The notes under the pieces: model-generated
Seen by the model: only the letters and a program-made list of their open reading frames with translations
The model's database searches: none
Told to the model about the DNA's origin: nothing
Part shown: piece by piece, positions 1 to 10,259 of the stretch
How positions within the stretch are numbered: the first letter of the stretch is position 1
Layout of the letters: every line of letters begins with the position of its first letter
Translations under genes and position numbers: made by a program
DNA from: a virus
Strand: one strand, 5' to 3'
Length of the DNA: 64,000 nt
IMG/VR virus record: IMGVR_UViG_3300026538_000054
Coordinates: 128,285-192,284 of that record

Positions 1-1
1 T

Positions 2-1246
2 TACGCCCCGGACAACCCTCTCTGCTACGCCGCGGCCAAGTGCCTTCTCAACGCCAACAACACGCCGGTACGGTTCCTCGCCGTCGGCGACCCGAGCATC
101 AAGGCCAACTGGGACGAGGCCCTGACGATCCTGGACCGGCTCCGAGGCGCTTACGGGATTGTTCCTCTCACCAGGGACCCGGCCGTCCTCACCGCCTTCC
201 GGTCCCACGTGATCGCCCAGTCGGAGGAAGATGTCCAGTGCTGGCGAACCTGCTGGTGGTCGCCGGCGCAGCAGGTGACCGCCCTTGTCGTGGACGCGAC
301 GGTCACCAGCGATAACCAGCCGGCCCTGGCCACCCTGGCCGATAACCCGGGCGCCGCCGGCACGCAGTACACGCTCCTCACCTGCACCACGGGAAACGCT
401 AAGTTCGTGACCAATGGCGTGCGTGCGGGCGATACGGTTCGCTACCTGTTCAGTGTGGACGGCTTCGGCAACAGCTCCTGGAAAGAGTTTCTGGTGGCGA
501 GCGTGGTCAACGAGGACCAGCTCATCCTGGACGCGGGCCACACGTCCGCCGTGACCACGGCCCAGAGAGTGGAGATCTGGCGAGACCGAACCAGGACCGA
601 GATCGCCCAGGCCATCGCCACGCAGATCAGGGCCCAGGCGCATGCCCGCTGGCTGCCCGTCTGGCCGGACGCTCTTCTCGACGGCAACACGAGGGTGGAC
701 GGCTTCTTCCTCGCCGCGGCCCTGGCCGGCCTTGTAGGGGGCGTGCCGCCGCATCAGTCGCTGCTCAACCTCACGGTGGCCGGCTTCACCAAGGAGGCCG
801 GGGGCTTCAACAACGGCCAGCTCAACGCTCTGGAGGCCGCCGGCTGCTTTACCCTGGTCCCGGATGAGTTCGGCGTTCTGTATCTTCGCAAGGCCCGGAC
901 CAGCGATCAGACGAGCGTGGATACCGGCGAAGAGTCGAACGTGCGCTCTCTGGACGCCATCAAGCTGTTCTTCCAGAACCGGCTCTCGGCGCTCTACGGC
1001 AAGACCAACATCGTCGGCACGGACGTCAGCATCGGGGCCTCGGCCATGGTCAAGACCGAGCTGGCCAGGGCCGTCAGCCACTGCCGCAACGTGGCCAGAG
1101 TGGACCGTCTGGGGCCGTTGGTGATTGACGGAGACGTCACCTTCGTCACGCCCGACCCGGTCTTCAAGAACAAACTGAACGTGACCATGACCCTTACCAG
1201 GCCGTTCGCGCTGGGCAAGGTCACGATCACCCTCACCGCGGGTTGA
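2..1246 (+). CDS. Tail sheath protein, C-terminal part (5' truncated by window)
   Basis: Frame of ORF 209..1246 is open back to base 2 (YAPDNPLCYAAAK...). C-terminus (FFLAAALAGLVGG..PHQSL, NGQLNALEAAG, ESNVRSLDAIK..., LNVTMTL) fits the sheath C-terminal domain; precedes tube-like and baseplate genes. Confidence 0.75.
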   Translation, partial: YAPDNPLCYAAAKCLLNANNTPVRFLAVGDPSIKANWDEALTILDRLRGAYGIVPLTRDPAVLTAFRSHVIAQSEEDVQCWRTCWWSPAQQVTALVVDATVTSDNQPALATLADNPGAAGTQYTLLTCTTGNAKFVTNGVRAGDTVRYLFSVDGFGNSSWKEFLVASVVNEDQLILDAGHTSAVTTAQRVEIWRDRTRTEIAQAIATQIRAQAHARWLPVWPDALLDGNTRVDGFFLAAALAGLVGGVPPHQSLLNLTVAGFTKEAGGFNNGQLNALEAAGCFTLVPDEFGVLYLRKARTSDQTSVDTGEESNVRSLDAIKLFFQNRLSALYGKTNIVGTDVSIGASAMVKTELARAVSHCRNVARVDRLGPLVIDGDVTFVTPDPVFKNKLNVTMTLTRPFALGKVTITLTAG

Positions 1247-1262
1247 TAGGGAGGCCTGAAAC

Positions 1263-1883
1263 ATGGCGGCCATCGACGCTTTCGGGCGCTCTCCTATGGC
1301 GGTCGGCTCGGCCATGGCCGCCGACAGCGCCGTGGTCCTTTTGGGCGGCGCCGGGCTCCCGGCCGGGCCGGGCCTGCTGGTCCAGCAACTGCAGACGCAG
1401 TACCAGCAGCCGATCAACCGCATCTACGAGCTGGGCTCCAACCTCGTCTACTACGTGGCGGGCCGGCAGCAAGGCAACGGCTCAATCTCCCGGGTGATAG
1501 GCCCCGTGCCCGTCACCGTGGCCTTCTACGCGATCTACGGCAACGTCTGCAACGCCGGCGAGAACAACCTTTTCGTCCTGGCCGCCGGGGCATGCTTCAC
1601 CAACCCCGCGGGTCGCTTCTCGGCCGCCGCGGAGGCCTTGCGCCAGGGCTCGGCGGTGGGCATGTTGTTTACCGGCGTGGTGCTCAACACGATCGGCATG
1701 AGCATCCGCTCCGAGGACATGCTGATCGGCGAGCAGTTGGGCCTCATGTTCGTGGCCGAGCAACTGGTCACGGGCGACCTCGGCGAGCTCGGCGCCGCCG
1801 TGTCCGCCCTGGCCAACTTTGATGATTTCGCGGAGGGCGGCGGCGACTTCGGCAATGATGATGGCGGTGGAGGCAGCTTCTAA
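1263..1883 (+). CDS. Putative tail tube protein
   Basis: Directly after sheath, SD GGGAGG upstream; LVQQLQTQYQQPINRIYELGS..YYVAGRQQGNGSISRVIGP resembles large-myophage tube proteins. Confidence 0.6.
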   Translation: MAAIDAFGRSPMAVGSAMAADSAVVLLGGAGLPAGPGLLVQQLQTQYQQPINRIYELGSNLVYYVAGRQQGNGSISRVIGPVPVTVAFYAIYGNVCNAGENNLFVLAAGACFTNPAGRFSAAAEALRQGSAVGMLFTGVVLNTIGMSIRSEDMLIGEQLGLMFVAEQLVTGDLGELGAAVSALANFDDFAEGGGDFGNDDGGGGSF

Positions 1884-1889
1884 TGGTTG

Positions 1890-1911
1890 CAGCCGGTCCC
1901 TGGGCCGGCTG
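1890..1911 (+). terminator. Intergenic hairpin, possible weak terminator or processing site
   Basis: CAGCCGG-tccctggg-CCGGCTG 7-bp stem followed by an imperfect T-tract, between tube and spike genes. Confidence 0.3.
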
Positions 1912-1928
1912 TTGGTTGAAACAAACTA

Positions 1929-4580
1929 ATGCTCCGCGCCGACGAACTCAGGGCCTATCTCCTTGAGCAACGCCTGGATGAGACGTCGCCCTCTGGTGGC
2001 GACCCTCTGCCCGTGTCCGACCATCAGCTCTCCCGCACAGGGGCCATCCTTCGTCAGGGCAAGGGCCTTCGCGTCCTGATCGGCTACGTGGTGGACACGA
2101 TCGCCTACGCCCAGGTCTACAAGGTGATCCTCGAAGGCCTGGCAGGCGTCGTGCCCGCCACGCCCCTGGCGATGACAGGCCTTCAACTCTTTGGCGCGAG
2201 ACAGACCAACACCTACGCCCCTGGGCAAGGGGTGATCTGCGCCTGGAGGCCCGGCGCCGACGAGTGCTTCATCCTGGGTGCCTACCCCGAGGCGGGCGCT
2301 GACGCCCGGCTTTCTCTCTCTGACGTGATCGTCGCCGGGGCCAATGCCGGCTGGAAGGTGGACCCCTACGCGCAAGGGGCGTTTCTCAACCCCATAGAGA
2401 TCGACGAAGGGCTGACGAAAGCGGCCCCTGACTGGTCCTCTCACCGGCCGCTTGACGGCCTCACCGGTGGAGAGCAAGGGGCGATCACGGAGACGGGGAC
2501 GGCCTTTCACCTGGACAGCTTCATAGCCTACATGCGGGCCAGCGAGGAGACAGGTGTTTTTGCCTTCTTCCAGGACGAGCTCTTGCGCCTCACAGGCAGG
2601 AACCTGCAACTGGTGTCGGCCTGCGCAGAGCGCGAGGACGCCGATGACCAGGGGATGGTCTTCTCCGAGGAGGGCTTCGCGGACTTCGCCCGAGAGGCCA
2701 TGGGCGTCGCCGACAACGAAGAAGAGGCCTTGCGAGAGCTCACCGCGGAAGAGGCGCAGCTTCTCACGCCCTGGTACTACGCCCGAGAGCCGGCCTTTGA
2801 CGATCAGCACGCGCTTTACCGCTGGCGCAAGTGGCGAGGCTGGCTGGCGGGCGGTGAGAAGGCCTTGCTTCAGGCGATCAGGAACAGGCTCGAAGGCCCC
2901 CAACGGTTGTCGGAAGACGCCGTGCTCCCAGGCCTCTTTGACAGCCATGTTCTCCAGTCTGGCCGGTTCATTCAGCGCTCCGCCAAGGGCTGGATCATCG
3001 CGAAAACGCCCAGGGTCGTCTCTCCCAAGAGAAGGAGGCCCGTCCACTGTGACCAGAAGAGGGACGAATCGCCGCCCGCCCTGGCGGCGCAGCTGGAGGC
3101 CCCTGTATCCACCGAGGCGATCGGTGTTCACGCAGCAGCCTCCGTCCTGGATCAACTGGTCTACTCGGCCAACTACGAAGGCCTCAAGGGCTTTCTAGAG
3201 CTGCCCTCGTCCTGGTACGTCCCCGAGGAGTCGGAGCTGGACTACGCCGAGCCCGCGCTCGCGCCTCTCTTCGCTGGTCTGGCCGAAAACCAGTATCTGC
3301 CGGTCCCCGATCCTTTCACCATTGACCTGGATGAGAGATACGGCGACGCCGGCACCGCGAAGTACTGGCCCAACAACGCCTTCATCTCTGCTCTCGACGA
3401 TGGTGGGATTGTCATCCAGGACGCCTGGGGCTCGGAGATCCGTATGACGCAGGGCCACATCTTCTTCCAGGCGGCGGGAGATATTTGGGCCCAGGCGGCC
3501 CGAAACGTCAACCTCTGGGCCGGGCATGATCTCATCGCCAAGGCCAACAAGTCCATGGACCTCACCGCCTCCCATCGAGACGTCAGGGTCAAGGCCCAGA
3601 GGAACATCATGATCCTGGGCGGCAACGAGACTTGCGGCGGCGTCCTCATCGAGTCCAGGGGCCCTGCTCCCGCCTGGCGATTTGAAGAAAGAGTGGGAGA
3701 AGACGCCGTTGTTGGCGGGATTGTTCTCCTCGCCAGGGCCTCGCAGATCGTTCAGACCGCCCAGGACGTGGTCTTCTCGGCCGACTGCTACACCTTCACG
3801 CCGGCCGTGCGGTCCCCTGACGACGCGGAGGCCCTGTCCGACCTGGTAATTGACCTGGGAGAAGGCAAGACCATCTGGCGAGGCCGGGGCTTTGATCGGC
3901 GATTTATCGGCCCGGCGGCCTGCGCCGTGGACGCCTTTGCCCTGAATGCCGCAGGCGATACCTTCCGAGCGAACGAGTATGCTCTGGACAGGACTAATTT
4001 CCACTCAAACGTGTATATCGACCAGGGCCTGTTGGTGCAAGATTGTGTTGCCGCCGGCGGCTCTATCTTCTCCCTGGACGGCACGGTCGGCCCGCCGGGA
4101 GAAGAGGCCAGGGTCGAGCTGGAGGCCGCCCTAGACGGGCAGTCCGCCAGACTTGAAGAGGTAGCGGAGTTCCTGGCCTCGTCCCTTGAAGAGGGCTGGT
4201 CGGGCTATGTTGATCGCGCCTCGGGTGACGTGTCTCAGGCGGAGTTCAGCCTGCGCACGGTGGAACAGTACGCCACGACGGACTTCCTGATCTACGAAGC
4301 GCGATGGCAGCAGCAAGCCCGCCTTGCCGGGCAGGAGATGCCCACCTGGAGCGAGCCGATCGTTGACACGGCCATCGCCGGGCCGACGAGGCCCTATCCA
4401 GGCCAGGGCGTGTGGGACACGGCCTTATCCGGGCGTACGGTGGACAATCAGCTCTACGATGAGGAAGCGGGCATGGCTGCGGACAGGGAAGACGCAGCCT
4501 ACCTTGAAAGCGAGACCGCCGAGCCCGAGACCTACGAGTTGGAGGGGGGCTACACGGTGGTCATTGACGTAACAGCGTGA
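1929..4580 (+). CDS. Baseplate central spike/hub (gp5/VgrG-like)
   Basis: 883 aa; OB-fold-like N-terminus; beta-helix-like periodic segment IVIQDAWGSEIRMTQGHIFFQAAGDIWAQAARNVNLWAGHDLIAKANKSMDLTA; position in tail module. Confidence 0.6.
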   Translation: MLRADELRAYLLEQRLDETSPSGGDPLPVSDHQLSRTGAILRQGKGLRVLIGYVVDTIAYAQVYKVILEGLAGVVPATPLAMTGLQLFGARQTNTYAPGQGVICAWRPGADECFILGAYPEAGADARLSLSDVIVAGANAGWKVDPYAQGAFLNPIEIDEGLTKAAPDWSSHRPLDGLTGGEQGAITETGTAFHLDSFIAYMRASEETGVFAFFQDELLRLTGRNLQLVSACAEREDADDQGMVFSEEGFADFAREAMGVADNEEEALRELTAEEAQLLTPWYYAREPAFDDQHALYRWRKWRGWLAGGEKALLQAIRNRLEGPQRLSEDAVLPGLFDSHVLQSGRFIQRSAKGWIIAKTPRVVSPKRRRPVHCDQKRDESPPALAAQLEAPVSTEAIGVHAAASVLDQLVYSANYEGLKGFLELPSSWYVPEESELDYAEPALAPLFAGLAENQYLPVPDPFTIDLDERYGDAGTAKYWPNNAFISALDDGGIVIQDAWGSEIRMTQGHIFFQAAGDIWAQAARNVNLWAGHDLIAKANKSMDLTASHRDVRVKAQRNIMILGGNETCGGVLIESRGPAPAWRFEERVGEDAVVGGIVLLARASQIVQTAQDVVFSADCYTFTPAVRSPDDAEALSDLVIDLGEGKTIWRGRGFDRRFIGPAACAVDAFALNAAGDTFRANEYALDRTNFHSNVYIDQGLLVQDCVAAGGSIFSLDGTVGPPGEEARVELEAALDGQSARLEEVAEFLASSLEEGWSGYVDRASGDVSQAEFSLRTVEQYATTDFLIYEARWQQQARLAGQEMPTWSEPIVDTAIAGPTRPYPGQGVWDTALSGRTVDNQLYDEEAGMAADREDAAYLESETAEPETYELEGGYTVVIDVTA

Positions 4581-4589
4581 GGTAGAAGC

Positions 4590-4793
4590 ATGGCTAACCT
4601 TGAATCAGGCCGGTTGCGCGACGAAGAACCGCGGTTGAAGAGAATCGTGCCGCCCAAACTGGACGACGACCCGGCCGCGTACACCATCCCTGGCGTGGAG
4701 CTTGTGCCGGACAGACACATCTTCGGCCCGAGAAAGCGCCTGGAGACCGACAAGGACGGACAACTGGTGTTCGTCCCCTGCCCGGAGGAATGA
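4590..4793 (+). CDS. Hypothetical small protein
   Basis: SD-like GAGGT upstream, tight packing with neighbours. Confidence 0.5.
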   Translation: MANLESGRLRDEEPRLKRIVPPKLDDDPAAYTIPGVELVPDRHIFGPRKRLETDKDGQLVFVPCPEE

Positions 4794-5026
4794 GCATGGC
4801 AAGCCCTGAGAGTGATTACTGCTCACCGCCGGCGGAGAAGAAGATGCCGACGCTCGTCGATCAACGCGTTCTTACCACCGAGGAGCTTATATACCTTTTC
4901 GCCGACGGCAAAGGTCGTGCTTATCCCTTCAGCACTAGCTCGTCAGCCGAACAACCGCGGGCGGACGGTATCCAGGACGAGCGAAGCGTCGTGGATGACC
5001 CACCCCCCGGCGAACTTCTCCAATAA
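4790..5026 (+). CDS. Hypothetical small protein
   Basis: ATGA overlap with previous ORF; fills the gap before the chaperone. Confidence 0.4.
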   Translation: MSMASPESDYCSPPAEKKMPTLVDQRVLTTEELIYLFADGKGRAYPFSTSSSAEQPRADGIQDERSVVDDPPPGELLQ

Positions 5027-5055
5027 CTCAGAGAACCATTGGCAAAGGAATAAAC

Positions 5056-5937
5056 GTGCCCGAAGACACCAAGGGCCAGGGCGGGGCCTTCCCTTTCCCC
5101 GAGAGCGCTTCCCTTCTCTCCGAGGACGAACTACGTCTTCTGCGTCAGCGCGCCGGGCAGGCCGCCACCCCCAAGAAAGGCCCGGCGGGCAAGTCCGTCG
5201 AGCCGCCGGCACCCGTGGATGTTTCTTCTCTCTCGCCCGAAAAGCAGCAGGAGCTGGCCTCCATCAGCGAGGCGCTCAAGGCCGTTCAAGGCCCCGGATT
5301 GTCGGCCTTTCTCAAGGGGCAAGCGCCCGCCGAAGACAAGTCGGCCGACGCTGCCAAGGACGCACCGCCCGAGCAAGCGTCGCAGACGGGCGCCCTGAAC
5401 GAGCGGTGTCGTCGCTGCGGCTGGCATGGCCCTTACGCCATCGAGGCGACGGAGCAGGACAAGCTGGCGTTCGTGGCGGCCGTCTGCGGCGAGGGGCGAT
5501 TCATCAAGGCCTTCGAGGCCTACGGCGGCAAGCTCGTCATCTCGTTTCGCACCCTGGAGACGGACGAGGCCGACTGGTGCTCGCGCAGGGCCTACAAAGA
5601 CGTCAAGGATGGCCTGGCCGTAACCTATGAAGACTTCGGCATGCGCTTCGTGGACTACAAGATGGCCCTGTCCCTCGAGCGCGTCGTCCCCTCGGGCGGG
5701 CCGCCCTTGCTCCTGGGCAAGGAGACGGACGACTTTCTGGAGAAGAACGCGACGGGCATAGGCGAGCCGGAGATCGCCGTCTTCAACCGGCTGGCGCAGA
5801 TCAAGAAGAAGGCCCCTCTCAACAAGGAGAACGTCTGGCGAGTCGCGCGCAAGCTCTTCGATCGGTTTCTGGGCCTCACAGGACTTCTCGAGGAGAGGAG
5901 CGAAGACCCTGATTTTTTCTCACCGGCAGCCGACTGA
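5056..5937 (+). CDS. Putative tail assembly chaperone (gpG-like)
   Basis: Immediately upstream of tape measure; ends DPDFFSPAAD with a slippery heptamer; CxxC (CRRCG) in the middle. Confidence 0.6.
   Translation: MPEDTKGQGGAFPFPESASLLSEDELRLLRQRAGQAATPKKGPAGKSVEPPAPVDVSSLSPEKQQELASISEALKAVQGPGLSAFLKGQAPAEDKSADAAKDAPPEQASQTGALNERCRRCGWHGPYAIEATEQDKLAFVAAVCGEGRFIKAFEAYGGKLVISFRTLETDEADWCSRRAYKDVKDGLAVTYEDFGMRFVDYKMALSLERVVPSGGPPLLLGKETDDFLEKNATGIGEPEIAVFNRLAQIKKKAPLNKENVWRVARKLFDRFLGLTGLLEERSEDPDFFSPAAD
5913..5919 (+). other. -1 programmed ribosomal frameshift site T TTT TTC
   Basis: Codons gat ttt ttc give an X XXY YYZ heptamer; the -1 frame is open from here to TAG at 6324-6326 (FFLTGSRLSALVRLAWRQ...). 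Confidence 0.65.
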
Positions 5938-6326
5938 GCGCCCTGGTGCGGCTGGCCTGGCGACAGGGCGGGCTTGGCAAGGAGCGTGGCCGCTGGCGCT
6001 ACAAGAGGCTGCGCTGGCTGGTCGAGTGCGAGGAGAGGGACGTCATGGCCTCGTCCGTGAAAATGCGCCATGAGCTTTTGTGCGCGCTCTTCGCCGGCGC
6101 AGATGGTCAGCAACGAAAGAAGCTCCTGGAGGAGGCGCAGAGGACCAAGAACCACTGGCTTGATCTGGCCCTGCCCGCCCTGGCGAAGGAGGCGCGAGAG
6201 GCGCAGGCGAAGGAGCAGAAGGGCATGCGCGATCAGTGGGCCGCCGTCTTCGGCGACCCGAAGGACCCGAAGGTCCAGGCCGGCATCAAGGCCCTTTACA
6301 AGGCCGCTATCGGCGGAAAGGCGTAG
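5913..6326 (+). CDS. Chaperone frameshift extension (gpT-like; C-terminal part of G-T fusion)
   Basis: ORF 5946..6326 is in the -1 frame of the chaperone and open from the slippery site; ends 2 nt before the tape measure ATG. Confidence 0.6.
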   Translation, partial: FFLTGSRLSALVRLAWRQGGLGKERGRWRYKRLRWLVECEERDVMASSVKMRHELLCALFAGADGQQRKKLLEEAQRTKNHWLDLALPALAKEAREAQAKEQKGMRDQWAAVFGDPKDPKVQAGIKALYKAAIGGKA

Positions 6327-6328
6327 TT

Positions 6329-8959
6329 ATGGCGGAGCCGGGCCTTTTCCAGTACGCCCGAGAGCAGGCCGCTCAGGGGCCGGGGCAAGGCTACGTACCG
6401 GCCCTTCATGGCCAGTTGGACCTCTCCCACTTCCTGGGGAGAGGCCAGATGGGCCAGACGGCCAACCTGGTCGCCCTCCCCTTCATCAACAACTGGCTGG
6501 CCTCTCAGGGCTATCAACCGGGGCCTTTCCTTCCCTCTCAGAACCTCCTGGACCAGGAAATGGCCAGGAGGTACATGCTGACCCAGAGCGCCGCGCAGCA
6601 GGTTGCCGGGCAAGCGGACAGAGAGCGCCTTGAGACGGTCATGCGCGGGGCCTTCTCCCTTGTTCAGCAAGGGCCCCTGACGACCGACCAGCTGGGCATG
6701 GTGAGACAGCTCTCCGGCGCCGCCATGCAGGCCTTGCCGACCCTGTCCATGATGGCCCCGCGGACCGTGGACGAGCTGTTCGGCCTTCGAGGCTCAGCGC
6801 ACCTCTTCGGGCTGGGCGCTGGGCAGGCGTCCAGGTTCATGGTTGGGCAAGGGGGCGTGACGGGACTATCAGCCGAAGCCGCCGCGGCCATGGCCGAGGG
6901 CGTGCAAGGCCGTCTTTTCGGGCCGGGGCAAGACCTATCGAGGATGCGCGGTTTCGGCGGGGCCTCCGCCGGGCAGATGTTCAGCGAGATGGCCGCCCGC
7001 GGGCTGCTCAGTGATCCCTTCGCCTCGCAGGGGGGAGGCGACCTGGCCGATCTTGCCAGGGCCTTTCCGGGCGGCCAGGGCGCGACGCGTAAGCTGCAAG
7101 CTAACCGGATCGGCGATCAGATCAAGGACATGGCCGGCGCTCTCTCGGCGGTCAGAGACCTCTTTGGCGACATGGGCCGCGCCGACGCTCCCATCCCGGA
7201 GCTCTTCGCCGCCCTTGACGCGCTGACCCAGGGCGGCACGGCCCGGTGGTCCAAGCCTCAACTTGAGATGCTGGTGAGGCGAACGCAGCAGACCGCCAAG
7301 CTCACCGGTACGAGCATGGACCAGGTCATGGCCATGCAGGCCCAGATGGCGAGCGAGTTGTCAGCGGCCGGCCTCTCCAGAGGATTTGCCCCCGGCATTG
7401 TCAACGCCGGTATGCAGTTCGGGGCTGCCTTCTCGCAGCTCTCCTCGCCTTTTGCCGGGCAAGGCGCTCTCTCCTCCCGTGAGGCGCAGGCCATGGACAT
7501 GAGGCTCAGGGCCCAGGCCGCCGAGAGCCAACTGGGGAACCAGCTAGGCGCGGTCATGCGGCTAGGCGATCAGGGCCTTCTTTCAGGAAGGGCCCTGACG
7601 CTCTACAACCAGTTGAAAGTGAAGGACTACTCAGGCGTCAGCATCATGTCGCCGGCCGAGTTCACGGACATGGTGGGAGGAGCGCTCGGCTCCAGGGCCG
7701 CGGCCAGCCTGGCGCTTGGTCACACCGAAGGCAATCGGCAGGCGATCGAGAGGTACAACCTCCAGGACGCGGTGAGAAACCAGCAGGGTGTCGAGCTTCA
7801 GGGGAGGATGAGGGCCTTCGCCGAGGGAGGTCTTTCTTCTCTCGAGATGTTCGCAGGCAAGAGAGGCCTGGCCGCCGAGGCGGCGCAGATCATGGCCCGA
7901 GAGTCGTTTAACCTCTCGGCCGCTGAAAGAATCGACCCTGTGAAGCGCAAGGCGTTCTTCCGGAGAAAGCTCCAGGACGCGCTGGGTGGCAGGGCGGCGG
8001 GGCTGAACCTGGACTTGCTGGCCGAAACGGCCTGGAACCAGATGGAGGCCGGGGCCGTCGGCTTCGGCCCCTATCAAAGCCTGGTCGGCGCCTTGAGCCT
8101 GCATGATCGCGAGGTGCTCGGCAGACAGAGGCAGGTCCAGGCCCAGGCGGACACCAGGGCCGATATCGCCAGCGCCCTTTCTCCCTTCAGCCAGGGCGGC
8201 CCTCTGCGCCGGATCATTGACGACCTGACCCGCGGCGACGCGGATTTTTCCAGCCTGGGGGCCGCGCTCCTGGGCGGGCAAAGGCTGGCCGCCGCGCCAG
8301 GGGCGCGTGATGCCTTGACAGGGATGGCGGCCAACGTCGCCAGGGCCACGCAGGACCTGGAGCAGGTAAGCCGGGAGATGGAGGTCTTGTCGGCCGATAC
8401 GTCTCTTCCGCCTGATGTCATGGCCTCGCGACTGGCCGGCTTGAGAAGCCGCTTCAACGTGCTCAAAGCCAGGCTTCACGAAGGGACGTTTGGCGGCGGG
8501 CAAAGCTCTATACAGCTCAAGGAGTTGGCCAGGCACTACAGGACGACCGTACCGGAGTTGCTGCGCGGCAGAAGAGACTCAGGCGGCAACTTTGAGGCAG
8601 GGGCCGTCAACATGGCCCAGGCGCTTGCCAGTATCAACGACTTGCAACAGGCCTACGGCGGTCGGCCACTGCCGCAAAGGGGCGATCCTGAAGAAGGCAG
8701 CTCGCCCTTCGCCGCGATGATCGGCGAGGCGGGCGCCGCCGCCTACCAAGCGGCGCAAGAGCTCGGGTCGACGCAGGCCAGCACGCGTCGGCGCTGGGGG
8801 CCCTTCTCGATGGACTTGCCCGATGAGCTCTTTGACCAGACGACGGCTCGTGCCCCTCGATCAACGGGCCAGGGTGAATTGCGCATCCGCGGCGAGGTGC
8901 TGGTGAGGCAGGACGGACGAGGTACGCTTACCGGCACGGGCGCCTTCAGCCCCGCTTGA
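6329..8959 (+). CDS. Tape measure protein-like
   Basis: Long Ala/Gly/Gln-rich helical protein after the chaperone pair; likely start is ATG 6329 (MAEPGLFQY) inside ORF 6236..8959. Confidence 0.65.
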   Translation: MAEPGLFQYAREQAAQGPGQGYVPALHGQLDLSHFLGRGQMGQTANLVALPFINNWLASQGYQPGPFLPSQNLLDQEMARRYMLTQSAAQQVAGQADRERLETVMRGAFSLVQQGPLTTDQLGMVRQLSGAAMQALPTLSMMAPRTVDELFGLRGSAHLFGLGAGQASRFMVGQGGVTGLSAEAAAAMAEGVQGRLFGPGQDLSRMRGFGGASAGQMFSEMAARGLLSDPFASQGGGDLADLARAFPGGQGATRKLQANRIGDQIKDMAGALSAVRDLFGDMGRADAPIPELFAALDALTQGGTARWSKPQLEMLVRRTQQTAKLTGTSMDQVMAMQAQMASELSAAGLSRGFAPGIVNAGMQFGAAFSQLSSPFAGQGALSSREAQAMDMRLRAQAAESQLGNQLGAVMRLGDQGLLSGRALTLYNQLKVKDYSGVSIMSPAEFTDMVGGALGSRAAASLALGHTEGNRQAIERYNLQDAVRNQQGVELQGRMRAFAEGGLSSLEMFAGKRGLAAEAAQIMARESFNLSAAERIDPVKRKAFFRRKLQDALGGRAAGLNLDLLAETAWNQMEAGAVGFGPYQSLVGALSLHDREVLGRQRQVQAQADTRADIASALSPFSQGGPLRRIIDDLTRGDADFSSLGAALLGGQRLAAAPGARDALTGMAANVARATQDLEQVSREMEVLSADTSLPPDVMASRLAGLRSRFNVLKARLHEGTFGGGQSSIQLKELARHYRTTVPELLRGRRDSGGNFEAGAVNMAQALASINDLQQAYGGRPLPQRGDPEEGSSPFAAMIGEAGAAAYQAAQELGSTQASTRRRWGPFSMDLPDELFDQTTARAPRSTGQGELRIRGEVLVRQDGRGTLTGTGAFSPA

Positions 8960-9486
8960 TGGGAGGGTGCTTCTTGGCCGCCACCGATTTCTTCAGCACT
9001 CCCGGCGGCGTGGCGGTCATCACAGGCTCCGCGCTGCCGGTCTTGAGCCTGAGCTTCCAGGACTGGGGCGGCTACGGCAACTATCGAGCCGTGATCACTT
9101 CTCTGTCCGTGCAGTTCGAGGGCGGCCGTCAGTTTCTTCACACCCTGGAAGACATGATCTTCCTCTACGTCTTCGGCGAGCGCATGGGGGAGATGACCAT
9201 CTCAGGGGTGTGCTTTTCCGATGTCTGCGCCGGGGCGACGCCGGGGGAGCTGGGCCGCGTCGGCCACGGAGCGGAGCGCGTCCTGGGCCACTATGTCGGC
9301 CACCGCGTCACGTTCCGGGCCGAGCCCGTCCTGGTGGCCTTCGGCGTCGACACGGCCTTTGAGTGCTTTCTCACGGGCGTCGGCGTCGCGATCAACGATC
9401 CGGAGAAGGGGCTGGGCCAGTTCACCTATCGGTTATCGGTCGTGCCGCCGGCGACGTTCGACGTCGAGGCCGTTATCTTGACTTGA
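8959..9486 (+). CDS. Putative baseplate/tail tube initiator protein
   Basis: TGATG overlap with tape measure; beta-rich; FLHTLEDMIFLYVFGERMGEMTISG pattern; position typical. Confidence 0.5.
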   Translation: MGGCFLAATDFFSTPGGVAVITGSALPVLSLSFQDWGGYGNYRAVITSLSVQFEGGRQFLHTLEDMIFLYVFGERMGEMTISGVCFSDVCAGATPGELGRVGHGAERVLGHYVGHRVTFRAEPVLVAFGVDTAFECFLTGVGVAINDPEKGLGQFTYRLSVVPPATFDVEAVILT

Positions 9487-9488
9487 CC

Positions 9489-10259
9489 ATGTTGAACCAC
9501 GTTCGCACTCTGATTCTGAACACCGACTCGACGCAGGCCTATCCTCCCGACTACCCCGGAGAGGAACACTGCCCGCCGGGCTACGCGAAAAAGTCGCTTC
9601 GCGGCCCTCTTGGCCGCTTCCGTGTTCTTCTTTTCGGCTCGATACCAGATAGGGCCCTTCTTAACCTGCGACTGCTTCAGTTCATGACCCTGCTTCACGG
9701 GAGCGAGCTAGCCGGCACTCTGGTCCTGGACGACGCGCGCATCACCTATTTGCCCCTGGACGATGATTCATTCGTCAACCTCTGGCTGGCCGGGCCGAGG
9801 GTCACGCGCCTCACCGGGACGGCGGAAGGGATAGCTTCACGACAGGGAGACTTTCGTAGAGACGACAAGCTCTCCTGGTCCTGGCGGTTGACGGCCGATT
9901 CCGGTACGCAGGCGACCATCAAGTGGGCGGACGAGACCGGCGCGGAAACGACGAAGGTACTGACCTACTCGGCGTCCTCTCTGACAGGCCCCGTGCTCCT
10001 GCCCGGCTCGACGACGGCCTTCACCTTCGTCTCCACGACGGGCGCCTCCTGGCTGATAGAAGACCTCGCCCGCCCTGCTTCCGGGCTGGCTGATATTGCG
10101 CGAAGGACCGATGACATCTCGGCGGAGATGGAAGAAGAGCTTTTCGCGGGCGGCCTCGACGACGCGAACCTGCGAAGCAGACACAAAGACCACCCCGAGC
10201 TCCTGGAGAGGCTGGCCGCCAGGCTCATGGCGCTGGCCCGAAGAACGGCGGAGGCTTGA
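9489..10259 (+). CDS. Hypothetical virion structural protein
   Basis: ATG 9489 (MLNHVRTLILN) within ORF 9363..10259, 2 nt after the previous stop. Confidence 0.55.
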   Translation: MLNHVRTLILNTDSTQAYPPDYPGEEHCPPGYAKKSLRGPLGRFRVLLFGSIPDRALLNLRLLQFMTLLHGSELAGTLVLDDARITYLPLDDDSFVNLWLAGPRVTRLTGTAEGIASRQGDFRRDDKLSWSWRLTADSGTQATIKWADETGAETTKVLTYSASSLTGPVLLPGSTTAFTFVSTTGASWLIEDLARPASGLADIARRTDDISAEMEEELFAGGLDDANLRSRHKDHPELLERLAARLMALARRTAEA

